Below, piece by piece: positions 1-8,424 of a stretch of 64,000 nt of DNA. Source of the stretch: Myxococcota bacterium (lineage in GTDB: Bacteria > Myxococcota_A > Polyangia > Nannocystales > Nannocystaceae); contig JBCCHT010000010.1 in NCBI GenBank assembly GCA_039028615.1, positions 1-64,000 on the forward strand. The letters run 5' to 3'. How positions within the stretch are numbered: the stretch's first letter is position 1; each line of letters opens with the position of its first letter. The notes under the pieces were generated by a model that was not told where the DNA came from, did no database searches, and saw only the letters and a program-made list of their open reading frames with translations. The position numbers were made by a program, and so were the translations under genes.

Positions 1-84
1 CACTACAACGAGCGTCGGCCTCACAGCGCGCTCGGCAACTCTACCCCAACTGAATTTCGTCTGGCCTGGAAGCAGGCCGCATAA
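1..84 (+). CDS. IS3-family transposase OrfB, C-terminal fragment (5' partial)
   Basis: YNERRPHSALGNSTPTEF motif, TAA at 82-84. Not in the ORF track. Confidence 0.85.
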   Translation, partial: HYNERRPHSALGNSTPTEFRLAWKQAA

Positions 85-141
85 CCCGCTCGAGCCGCGA
101 GGACTCCAGTCGGAAGTGGCTTCAGAACCGTTCTCATCTCA
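1..141 (+). mobile_element. Right end of an IS3-family insertion sequence (rest lies upstream of window)
   Basis: Frame 1, 1-84 reads HYNERRPHSALGNSTPTEFRLAWKQAA*, the typical IS3 OrfB C-terminal YNxxRPHSxLGxxTPxEF motif. A short tail follows, ending ...GTGGCTTCAGAACCGTTCTCATCTCA (CA-3' at 140-141; 136 is an alternative end). Confidence 0.8.
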
Positions 142-309
142 CAACGACTCGATCGCGGGCGACCGATCCCCGGACAGTTCCACGCGTACGTGGAAACGCC
201 CGATGGCGTCGAGGACCCCGCGCTGGAGCTCAGCGAACGCCCCGGCGAATGCGGGGGGTCGTGCAGCTGTGGCGACGATGGCCATGAAACCGACGAGGAC
301 AGGCTCTGA
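142..309 (+). pseudogene. 3' remnant of a gene interrupted by the IS3; possible transglutaminase-like protein C-terminus
   Basis: Open frame QRLDRGRPIPGQFHAYVETPDGVEDPALELSERPGECGGSCSCG...RL*. Its TGA (307-309) overlaps the ATG of the next gene (TGATG). HAYV...DG.EDP resembles the His/Asp half of transglutaminase-like triads. Confidence 0.5.
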
Positions 310-1529
310 TGTCGATCACACCTCTACTGATCGGTCTCGGCATCGGCGCTTTCGGGCGCAAGTGGCTCGGCGCGAAGATTGGCCGCACGAAGGCGCCCCA
401 GAATCTCCCTTCGCTTTCGTGTGGTGAGTACAAATGGAGACCCGATGACGTCGATGTCTTCATCGATCGAGCCTGGCGACAAGGCGAACGCGACAGCGAA
501 GAACTCGCCTTGATCGCGGCCCGTGACGCGTACCCGCAAACCCCCGAAGGGACGCCGCAGGCGTGGCCACCGGAGCCCGGTGACCATCGAGGGCTGTGCA
601 TTCTCAGCCGGATTCGGACCCGCGTACGGGTTCGAGCCAACGAGGCGGATGAACCGGTGGACCCCGAGCCACCATCACCGCCCGAACCTAGGGACCCCGA
701 GCCCCCGGATGAACCTGAGCCGGAGGACCCACCTGGGCCACCGCGGCCTGCCAATCCTCCGAGCCCGGTTCCGTTTCCTCCGCCGGTTCTCCCCCCGGTT
801 CCTACACCTCCGCAGCCTCCGTCTCCGCCTGGGCCGTTGCCTCCTCCCGTGTTTCCCCCAATTCAACCGCCACCCGAGCCGGATGACCCCACCGAGTGGC
901 CTGACGGACCCGAACCGGGTCCCGTGGATCTGACGGAGTGGACCGACCCCGGCAACTACCCGACGCCGAGCATGTTCCACCAGGTTGGCGGCAACAACAG
1001 TGCGTCCACGCTCCAAGCGATCGCTCGAATGGCGCTTACGACCGCGGCCTATCTGGTTCTCGATGACCTCGACGCTGCGCGGGCCTTCGCTCAACGCTCC
1101 GAGAACTGGCGTGCCTACCGGGAGATCATCAACTGTTGTCCCTGGAACCATGCGCTCTTTGGCGCCCGCACACGGGAAGGAGCATCGGGGGCCTACGACA
1201 CTCCTCATGGGGATTCGATCTCGATGTTCCCGGTCCACGCCAACGTGGCGCAACAGCTCGCTGACGGCGAGGCGCCCGATCGCCGGGTCGAGCACGACCA
1301 CCGCTCGCGCCCCTCCGGAGGTCGCCACGCGTTCCTGTGGCTGCCGCCCGTCGATGAGGCCGCACTGCTCGAAGGCCGCGTCGAGGTGCGAACGGACGTC
1401 TGGTGGACCGGGGACTGGATGATGATGCCGCCGCCAGAAGTGCTTGCTCTCGGTGTCGCCGGGGTCCCCGACGGCATGTGGGGCTGCATGGGCTACGAGA
1501 CCGCCCCGGGCGAGGAGACGGGAGCGTAG
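309..1529 (+). CDS. Hypothetical protein, N-terminal TM anchor, long Pro-rich linker (406 aa)
   Basis: MSITPLLIGLGIGAFGRK N-terminus, PEPP/PPVF-rich middle, start overlaps upstream stop. Confidence 0.8.
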   Translation: MSITPLLIGLGIGAFGRKWLGAKIGRTKAPQNLPSLSCGEYKWRPDDVDVFIDRAWRQGERDSEELALIAARDAYPQTPEGTPQAWPPEPGDHRGLCILSRIRTRVRVRANEADEPVDPEPPSPPEPRDPEPPDEPEPEDPPGPPRPANPPSPVPFPPPVLPPVPTPPQPPSPPGPLPPPVFPPIQPPPEPDDPTEWPDGPEPGPVDLTEWTDPGNYPTPSMFHQVGGNNSASTLQAIARMALTTAAYLVLDDLDAARAFAQRSENWRAYREIINCCPWNHALFGARTREGASGAYDTPHGDSISMFPVHANVAQQLADGEAPDRRVEHDHRSRPSGGRHAFLWLPPVDEAALLEGRVEVRTDVWWTGDWMMMPPPEVLALGVAGVPDGMWGCMGYETAPGEETGA

Positions 1530-2297
1530 ATGGGCCTGGTCAAACAGAACCAACGCGACGCCGTCGTGCGCGGCGAACTCGATGTCGGCCGCCTCTTCGT
1601 CGACACCCGACAGGTCTACCTCGACGCCAAGGCCACCGCAGCCGAGCTCGACGAGCCCGTAATCGTCACCGAAGTCATGTGGGCAATGCTCGAGCTACTC
1701 GGGCACATCCTCGTCGACATCCGTGTGCTGCGGTCACAGATCACCGAAGGCGAACTCGGCCTCCGAGGCTTCGATGCCGACCTGGTCGGCCTCCAGCAGC
1801 GCTTCCGCAACCTGTACCGGCCGTTCTTCCAAGACCTGAAGCCCATCGAGACGTGGACCGAGGAAGACTGGCGTGACTACGAGGAATACGTCGAGGGCCC
1901 GGTTCTTCTGTGGGACCTGAAGACCTGCCAAGAGCGATGGGGCGTGCCCTTCGGCAGTCCTCCGTGTGAGGGCCCCGACCTCCAGATGGCGTTGTCGCTG
2001 CTCCACCAAACGGGTGTCGCCGGGGAATTCGAGCAGGAACTACTGAGCTCGTACTACGGCTTCGCCGACCTGACCCTCCGGGACATCGCATCGCACTGGG
2101 AGGGCCAAACCAAGGCCGCGTTCGAGGCTGCGGCGTCAGCCATGGGCAACGTTGCCGACACCATCACGGACTACGCCGTGCAGAAATCGGGTGCCAAGAG
2201 CTTCGCGTTGGGAGCTGGCACCGCCATCGCAGGTCTCGGTCTCGCAGGCCTCTACCTGTTTGCCATCCGCAAGAAACCCTCCACCCAAGGCAAGTGA
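1530..2297 (+). CDS. Hypothetical protein with C-terminal TM anchor and basic tail (255 aa)
   Basis: ATG directly after the previous TAG, GGAG upstream. C-terminal FALGAGTAIAGLGLAGLYLFAIRKK. Confidence 0.8.
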   Translation: MGLVKQNQRDAVVRGELDVGRLFVDTRQVYLDAKATAAELDEPVIVTEVMWAMLELLGHILVDIRVLRSQITEGELGLRGFDADLVGLQQRFRNLYRPFFQDLKPIETWTEEDWRDYEEYVEGPVLLWDLKTCQERWGVPFGSPPCEGPDLQMALSLLHQTGVAGEFEQELLSSYYGFADLTLRDIASHWEGQTKAAFEAAASAMGNVADTITDYAVQKSGAKSFALGAGTAIAGLGLAGLYLFAIRKKPSTQGK

Positions 2298-2839
2298 ATC
2301 TCATGCAACCTGTGACTGTGGGTCTATTGGCCCTGGCCGGCTACGGCCTGTTCTCGAAAGGCAAACGGTACGACCGCACGGTCCGTAAGCGTCCTGCCTC
2401 GACTTCCCCCGCACGGCCGACGCCCGAGCCCAAGACGCCGCTATCGATCGCGGATGACTGCTCGTCGTGGGAGATGCCGGACCTGTGGATCCTCCAGACC
2501 GCAGAGCCTCGCTTTCGGAAGCTTCTGAATGAAGCCCTCGAGACAACGCGAGGGGACATCCAACTCGCCAAGGACGAAGGGCTCCTCGATCCCGTCGGGC
2601 TGACCTACGCCGTGCTGTACGGGGAAACGGGGCCGTGCCCTGAGCCCATGCTCCATCAACCCGACGGGGTCACGCTGAGCTTTCGCGAGCTCCAGTCGGA
2701 GATCCCCCAACACCCGAACTACTACCCGCATCCGGCCGTTCTGGGCCTTTTCGACACGATCTACGAGGCCGTCGAAGCCGCCCTGTCCATCGTCGAGCAC
2801 ACCGGTTCGCCCGAGCGCGCCCTGCTGTTTCCCGTCTGA
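2294..2839 (+). CDS. Hypothetical protein, N-terminal TM anchor (181 aa)
   Basis: GTGA overlap with previous stop. VTVGLLALAGYGLFSKGKR, then a Pro-rich linker. Confidence 0.75.
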   Translation: MNLMQPVTVGLLALAGYGLFSKGKRYDRTVRKRPASTSPARPTPEPKTPLSIADDCSSWEMPDLWILQTAEPRFRKLLNEALETTRGDIQLAKDEGLLDPVGLTYAVLYGETGPCPEPMLHQPDGVTLSFRELQSEIPQHPNYYPHPAVLGLFDTIYEAVEAALSIVEHTGSPERALLFPV

Positions 2840-2853
2840 GGAGAGCGACTGTC

Positions 2854-3687
2854 ATGGATCCGATCATCATTCTCCCACTCGCTTTGGCCGTGGCCTGGGC
2901 CGCGACTCGCAAGAAGAGCTCGAAGCGCAGCTCGAGCAAAGGCAAGTCGGGCGCACAGGACATCCCGCCGACGCACGACGATCCGTTCGGGCCTCTCGAC
3001 GGCCCCACGCCGGAGCCTCCACGCCCTGCGCCTCCGGTACCGCGGCCTCCGCCTGTTGCTCCGCCTCCGGTGCAGCCGCCTCCGCCCGTGGTGGAGCCCC
3101 CACAACCAATCGCAGACCCTCCCCCTCCGTTCCCTGGGCCCACCGCAGGACCACGGGACCCCGAGTTGGGGGACCCGAGCCCGGTCGATGTCTACCCGGA
3201 GACCCCGCTCGAGAACGTGGCCGACAACGACCACGCTGCCTACGGACTGTTCATCACAACCGACTGCGACGAGGTCTACGAAGGCGACGACTGGTACGAC
3301 GCCGTATTCCTCCCTCGCGCCCGGGAACTGGTCTTCGAGCAAACCGACGCGTTCCACAGCCCCGTTGCCGTGATGTACGAGCTGCTCGTTCGGCCGGGCC
3401 GAGAACGCAACGAACCCGGCACCATCGTGCACGAGTGCCTCGCCGCATGGGACGAGTTCGTCTACGGCACACCGACCACATCAGGCACCTATAGCGGGTG
3501 GATTGATGACGTCGACGGCTATTGGGAACACGCGGAGTGGTTCGGAGCCCAGTTCCCCGTTCTGGCGTCCTTCGTCGAGTCCGTTCGAGCTCGCCTGTGG
3601 TGGGAGCCCGACCTCGCGGAGGTCTTCCAGGCCTACGAAAACGCGTACGCCGAGGACCACGCCGTTCTCGAGCCCACCGGGAGCTGA
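2854..3687 (+). CDS. Hypothetical protein, N-terminal TM anchor, Pro-rich linker (277 aa)
   Basis: GAGGAG SD. MDPIIILPLALAVAWAATRKKSSKR. Confidence 0.8.
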   Translation: MDPIIILPLALAVAWAATRKKSSKRSSSKGKSGAQDIPPTHDDPFGPLDGPTPEPPRPAPPVPRPPPVAPPPVQPPPPVVEPPQPIADPPPPFPGPTAGPRDPELGDPSPVDVYPETPLENVADNDHAAYGLFITTDCDEVYEGDDWYDAVFLPRARELVFEQTDAFHSPVAVMYELLVRPGRERNEPGTIVHECLAAWDEFVYGTPTTSGTYSGWIDDVDGYWEHAEWFGAQFPVLASFVESVRARLWWEPDLAEVFQAYENAYAEDHAVLEPTGS

Positions 3688-3695
3688 CCACCATC

Positions 3696-4004
3696 ATGAA
3701 GATCGTAGGCCTCAACCTCGTGGAAGGGGGCGTCGAGATTACGCCGCCCTCAGGACGCCCCCTGGTCCTGGCGCTTCCCAATGACCGCCGCGTCGCCGGG
3801 TGGATGCTCGGCAACCGACTACTCCAGATCCTCACCGACCCAGACGAGCCGCATGCGCGCCGCAGCCCGGCGCCCGACGGTGCCACCGCACGCCCCGATG
3901 CCCCCCCGGCTGAACCCGATCCCTTCGCCGGGGTCGAGGCGGCCATCGACGCTGGACGTCAGATGGTGCAGGCCGCGAAGCACTTCGCCCGGAGGCGCGG
4001 GTAG
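3696..4004 (+). CDS. Hypothetical protein (102 aa)
   Basis: ATG at 3696 inside track ORF 3522..4004. Fills the gap between flanking genes: MKIVGLNLVEGGVEITPP... Confidence 0.65.
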   Translation: MKIVGLNLVEGGVEITPPSGRPLVLALPNDRRVAGWMLGNRLLQILTDPDEPHARRSPAPDGATARPDAPPAEPDPFAGVEAAIDAGRQMVQAAKHFARRRG

Positions 4005-4008
4005 CCGC

Positions 4009-4902
4009 ATGGCTCGTTCTGCACGCACGCGCTGGCCCGGCCTCGCCACCACCAGCCTCGTCGTCGCCACAGGCGCGGCGGTGTGGTGGATGAGGTCGGG
4101 CCGGCGCCCGGGGCCTGGTCGGCATTCGTCGTCCTCGGGTTCGGGAGGGCAGCAGCCCGGGACTTCGAGCCAGCCGACGAAGCCCTCGTCATCGCATCCA
4201 GCCACGGACCTCGAGCATGGGCCGGCGCCGTTTCTCCCCACGAGGACCGGGCCGCAGTGGGACCGACTGCGGTGGCTCGCCGCGAAGGCCGAAGAAGTCT
4301 CTGAAATTCGCGGGCTCTACTCCTACCTGCTCGCCACCGCCAAGAACGAAAGCGATGGCGTGCCCACAGCCATGAACACGCGGACGGATGCAAAGCCTGC
4401 GCTGCGGCTGTTTTGCCGTGACCAGAACTATCGGGGTCGCTACGCCCGCAATCCATGGCGTCCGCAGGAGTGTGACGCCGGCGACCCACTCGCATCACGT
4501 TGGGCGTACTCCGGCGGTTGGTTTCAGATCATGCCCGCGGGCGCGCTGGCGACCTCGGACAAGCGAGGTCACACCCACGACCCTGCGCGGGTTTTCGACC
4601 CGCCGTTCGCCGTCGCGTACGCGACCGACCTCGTCCGAAGGATCAAGCGCGGGTTCGGAGCCAGAACGTGGGGAGACATCCGGGCCGGGTGGGCTCTGCC
4701 GCGATGGGCCAAGCCCGACAGCACCGCGGAAGGCAAAGGGCGCGTGCTGGAGCGATTTGAGCGCCGTCTGGCCCAGGTGGCCTCGATGGGGGTGGACCCC
4801 GACCTCGCGATCAAGGCCGTCGACACCCGCCGCTACCCCGGCTTCACCACCGTCTTGCACGCCTTGCTCGAGGCCGACGGACGACCCGTACCGCTCCGCT
4901 GA
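4009..4902 (+). CDS. Membrane-anchored lytic transglycosylase (SLT/lysozyme-fold)-like protein (297 aa)
   Basis: Start at 4009 (MARSARTRW). N-terminal TM LVVATGAAVWWMR, S/P linker, then ATAKNESDG (catalytic Glu-Ser motif) and YSGGWFQIMP (GLxQxMP-like motif). Confidence 0.7.
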   Translation: MARSARTRWPGLATTSLVVATGAAVWWMRSGRRPGPGRHSSSSGSGGQQPGTSSQPTKPSSSHPATDLEHGPAPFLPTRTGPQWDRLRWLAAKAEEVSEIRGLYSYLLATAKNESDGVPTAMNTRTDAKPALRLFCRDQNYRGRYARNPWRPQECDAGDPLASRWAYSGGWFQIMPAGALATSDKRGHTHDPARVFDPPFAVAYATDLVRRIKRGFGARTWGDIRAGWALPRWAKPDSTAEGKGRVLERFERRLAQVASMGVDPDLAIKAVDTRRYPGFTTVLHALLEADGRPVPLR

Positions 4903-4920
4903 GGAAAGGACACCGACGAT

Positions 4921-5121
4921 ATGAAGAAGAAATCACTCGGAGATACCGAGGCCACCGTCCTGGTCGGCGCAGGGATCCTCGGTGGATGGCTGCTGCTCGA
5001 TGTCTTCATCAAGCGTGCGGAGCGAAAGGACCTCGCGCGACAGAAGCAGTCGGCTGCGAAGTCAGCCCAATCGCCGTCGCGGATGACCACGACGCCCCGA
5101 AACCGACGGAGGAGCGCATGA
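4921..5121 (+). CDS. Small single-TM protein with basic C-terminus (66 aa)
   Basis: AGGAAAGGA upstream. VLVGAGILGGWLLLDVFIKR. Stop overlaps next ATG. Confidence 0.7.
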   Translation: MKKKSLGDTEATVLVGAGILGGWLLLDVFIKRAERKDLARQKQSAAKSAQSPSRMTTTPRNRRRSA

Positions 5122-5471
5122 CGACTCCCGAATCGGCCCCCGCCAAGGCCTCCAAGCTCAAGGACGTCGCTGTCACGGCGGCTGTCGCTGCGGTCGTGAG
5201 TGCACTGGTGTCTCCGTGGGTTAAGTGGTTCATGGACGGGCGGAAGCCGTCCGCCGGGCCCCCGAGTCCGGGGCCGCAACCTGGACCCGACTCCGGTTCG
5301 GGTACTCCCGAGCCTGCCAAGCCCCTGGTTCCGGCCGCGGATCCACCGACGCAAGTGGACTTTCAGCAGGCCCGTGCTCGGTTGCTCGAGGTGCCGTGGT
5401 CGACCCGGTCGTTTGACGCCTCCGTGGCCGAAGCCTTCGCTCCTATCGATCCTGAGGTGTTCGATGAGTAA
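5118..5471 (+). CDS. Small single-TM Pro-rich protein (117 aa)
   Basis: ATGA overlap at 5118-5121, GGAGGAG SD. VAVTAAVAAVVSALVSPWVKW. Confidence 0.7.
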   Translation: MTTPESAPAKASKLKDVAVTAAVAAVVSALVSPWVKWFMDGRKPSAGPPSPGPQPGPDSGSGTPEPAKPLVPAADPPTQVDFQQARARLLEVPWSTRSFDASVAEAFAPIDPEVFDE

Positions 5472-6630
5472 GACGACCAAGTCAGTCCCCTTGTGGATGG
5501 TCGTGGCAGGAGCGGCGGCCGCCGGAGTCACGCTCCTACGGCGGGGACCCCGAACCTCCAAGAGGCACCGTACGCGGTCCAAACGGCCACTCCCGGCTCC
5601 ACCCGCAGAAGCTCCCGCGCCGTCCCCCTTCGAGCGAGGGTCTCGATGCACTCGCCTGGCAAGCGACGAGAACGTCGAACGTTGGCTCGAAGAACTCGTC
5701 GCTCCGCTCATCGTGCAACGCGTGGACGCCAGCCCCGTTCTCGATGGCGATGGCGCCATGGGGACGTTGCGACGGCTCGCCGACGATGTCTTCGTAGAAA
5801 CCACCGGACATTGCTCGAGCGCTCAGACCGACGCGGCCAAGCAGGTTCGTCGATGGCTGTGGTGCGAGGTCACGATTCAGTTCATTCGCCAGGCCAAAAT
5901 AGACGATGAGGAAGACGACATCGTTCGGCTCTGTGCGGACCCCACGTTCGACCCGTGGACCTTCGACCCCGACGCAGTCCCGCCCGAACCCGAGCCAACA
6001 CCCCCACGGCCGGTTCCGCTGCCAGCGAGGCCCCAGCCGGGGCCAATGGATGGTTCAGCAGGCGCAGCGCCGCTCGACACCGCGTCGTCGAATCTGACGG
6101 TCCTCGCGTCGCGACAGGAACTCTCCGAGTTCGGCGTACGCCGCCTGATGGAGGGCAACGTCGATGGAGTCCCTGTAGCAGCTCCCGTTCGTCACCTCGT
6201 GATGCTTGCCGCGAATCCGTCGTGGGCGAGGGTCGAACGAGCACGAACCGACCTACGCATCGTCGCGCAACGACATCCACGAGTGCAGTTCGTCGAGGTC
6301 TCCCTCGCCGACACGCAGCGTCACTTCGGCGCGCCTGAGATGCTCGACCAAGTCGCCTGGATACTCGCTGCCTCCGGCCCCACGGGGCGCACATTCCCAA
6401 CGCCCATGGTGCGCGAGGGCCTGTCAGGAGCCGCCCCGGATGCGGAGCAGTGGAACAAGGTCATCACGCACGCGAGCGGTTTCATCGGCGCGGCGCCACC
6501 TCGAGCCATTCCGCGTCCGAAGAAGCCTGGCGACCTCATCCGGGCCATGGCCCGTCACGCCCGGGGCTCCGTCGGACGGAAGCACTCGCGTTTCCAACGA
6601 ACGACGAAACGCAATCGAGCTCGCCCCTGA
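5464..6630 (+). CDS. Hypothetical protein, N-terminal TM anchor (388 aa)
   Basis: ATG 5464 after GAGG. VPLWMVVAGAAAAGVTLLRRGPRTSKR, Pro linkers, basic C-terminus. Confidence 0.75.
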   Translation: MSKTTKSVPLWMVVAGAAAAGVTLLRRGPRTSKRHRTRSKRPLPAPPAEAPAPSPFERGSRCTRLASDENVERWLEELVAPLIVQRVDASPVLDGDGAMGTLRRLADDVFVETTGHCSSAQTDAAKQVRRWLWCEVTIQFIRQAKIDDEEDDIVRLCADPTFDPWTFDPDAVPPEPEPTPPRPVPLPARPQPGPMDGSAGAAPLDTASSNLTVLASRQELSEFGVRRLMEGNVDGVPVAAPVRHLVMLAANPSWARVERARTDLRIVAQRHPRVQFVEVSLADTQRHFGAPEMLDQVAWILAASGPTGRTFPTPMVREGLSGAAPDAEQWNKVITHASGFIGAAPPRAIPRPKKPGDLIRAMARHARGSVGRKHSRFQRTTKRNRARP

Positions 6631-6702
6631 GGCGCACGCCCTGTTGCCCGTGCGGCAACGCCCCCAGACCACTCCCGTCGCTAACCCTCAACGAGAGAAA
6701 CC

Positions 6703-7860
6703 ATGCCCACCGCCAAGAAGAAGACCCGCAAAGCCAGTCCCCCACGCCGGCCAGCCACGAAGAAGGCCTCTGCAAAAGAACGGCCGACTACGTCCAAGAA
6801 GACCCCGCCCAAGAAGAAGTCGACCGCTGCGAAGAAGGCCACCGCCAAGAAGAAGTCGACGAGCAAGAAGAGATCCAGCAAGAAGTCCACCAAGACGACG
6901 GCTCGCAAGACGAGCAAGAAGACGCCCGCTAGCTCGGCCGCCAAGAAAAGGACATCGAAGAAGCCGAAGGCATCGGCTCGCAGGGCAGCGCCAAAGAAAT
7001 ACCCCGGAGCCAGTAGTGCGCTTCTCTCGAGAGCCTCCGAGTGTTCGACGCTCGACGAATGCCATGGGGCCATCGCCGAGCTGACCAAGGCGGCCAAGGC
7101 TGGGCGACAGTGGGTCGACCAAGTCTACGACCGCCTCCGCAACGCCGAGGATTCGGCGTCGGCCTACGTCGAGTGGGCGGCCGAGCTGATGCGAGCGGTG
7201 GAGCAGGACCAAGCGACCATTGCCGAGCTCGAACGGAAGCTGAAGGCGAACTCGCGTTCCAAGATGCCCACGGCCAACAAAGCGGTCCTCCAACGCCTCG
7301 ACGCGCTCGCGCAAGACCTCGCAGAGCTTCGTCAGGACATGCGGAGGCTCGCCAAGCCATCCCGCGCTCACCGTGCTGTCGCAACGGCCCCGGAGCGCTC
7401 CCAGCCGGCCGCCAAACGCCCTCAGAGTCGCCGCCGAGGACAAAAATCAACACCGCCTCGTGCCTCGAAAAACCAGCAGGCGCCGGGGCCCTTCGCCCAG
7501 TACGCCGTACTGCCCGCGGCCGGGTGCACGCTGGGAGTCATCAAGCACGGCTACGACCCCGAGGTCTGCGGCCCTCCGTTTTTCACCCCGGAAGAAGCGG
7601 CCTCGATCCTCGGCAAGGCCAGTCGAGGAAACGTCGCCGATCTCGTGCACTGGGCAACGCTGACGGGACACCCGCTGCACAAGCCGCAGAGCACTCCATC
7701 CCCGAGGAAGAAGGCCCCGACGCCCAAGAAACCTGGAAAGAAGGCGGTGAGCAAGAAGCCGGCGGGGCGCAAGGGCGGCCGCAAGAAGGTACCGACGAGT
7801 AAGACGAACCGCCGCCCACAGGAAATCGTCAACGAGCTCCTTGCCTCGCTGCACCGATAG
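6703..7860 (+). CDS. Histone H1-like Lys/Ala/Ser/Thr-rich protein with central coiled coil (385 aa)
   Basis: First ~100 aa are KK-rich repeats (TAKKKSTSKKRSSKKSTK). Heptad-like middle, second basic tract near the C-terminus. Confidence 0.8.
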   Translation: MPTAKKKTRKASPPRRPATKKASAKERPTTSKKTPPKKKSTAAKKATAKKKSTSKKRSSKKSTKTTARKTSKKTPASSAAKKRTSKKPKASARRAAPKKYPGASSALLSRASECSTLDECHGAIAELTKAAKAGRQWVDQVYDRLRNAEDSASAYVEWAAELMRAVEQDQATIAELERKLKANSRSKMPTANKAVLQRLDALAQDLAELRQDMRRLAKPSRAHRAVATAPERSQPAAKRPQSRRRGQKSTPPRASKNQQAPGPFAQYAVLPAAGCTLGVIKHGYDPEVCGPPFFTPEEAASILGKASRGNVADLVHWATLTGHPLHKPQSTPSPRKKAPTPKKPGKKAVSKKPAGRKGGRKKVPTSKTNRRPQEIVNELLASLHR

Positions 7861-7866
7861 AGCCCG

Positions 7867-8424
7867 ATGGCATTCCCATTGCTACCGCTCGCGCTTCTCG
7901 GCGTCGGAGTGTTCCTTTTCCGACGCCGGAGTCCGAAGGGCCCTCCTGCCAAGAAGGACGAGCAACCCGACGTCGAGATCGAGACGATGATCTTCATTCC
8001 CCCACAACCCGATCCATTGCCGCTGCCGAACCTCGGCGGAACGCCGGGCCAGCAATGCGAATCTCCGGAAGGCGAAGCGGTGTGGGACGAAAACGGCCTC
8101 TGCAAGGTCTTCTGGTACTTCGACCACACAGACGACGCGATCCGTTCCCTGGCGCGAGAGCAGTGGGAAGGCCTCGGTAGTCCCGGGTTCTCCGATCTCT
8201 GTCTTACCTCTCCCGATCCGCTCGGGGGTGAGCTCGCGCCGCCCGTCGACAACCCTCGGTTCGTCGAGATCGTGGTCACGGCCCTGGAGCGCTACTACGG
8301 CGTCGTCAATCTCTGGCCGCCTGTCGAGGCCACGATCACTGGAGATCCTCATTCACCCCATTGGGTCCGCAAGGCGTGGGCCGAGGCCAATCGCGTCGTG
8401 CGAGAGGAGCTATGCAGCGGATGA
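7867..8424 (+). CDS. Hypothetical protein, N-terminal TM anchor (185 aa)
   Basis: MAFPLLPLALLGVGVFLFRRRSPK. Confidence 0.8.
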   Translation: MAFPLLPLALLGVGVFLFRRRSPKGPPAKKDEQPDVEIETMIFIPPQPDPLPLPNLGGTPGQQCESPEGEAVWDENGLCKVFWYFDHTDDAIRSLAREQWEGLGSPGFSDLCLTSPDPLGGELAPPVDNPRFVEIVVTALERYYGVVNLWPPVEATITGDPHSPHWVRKAWAEANRVVREELCSG

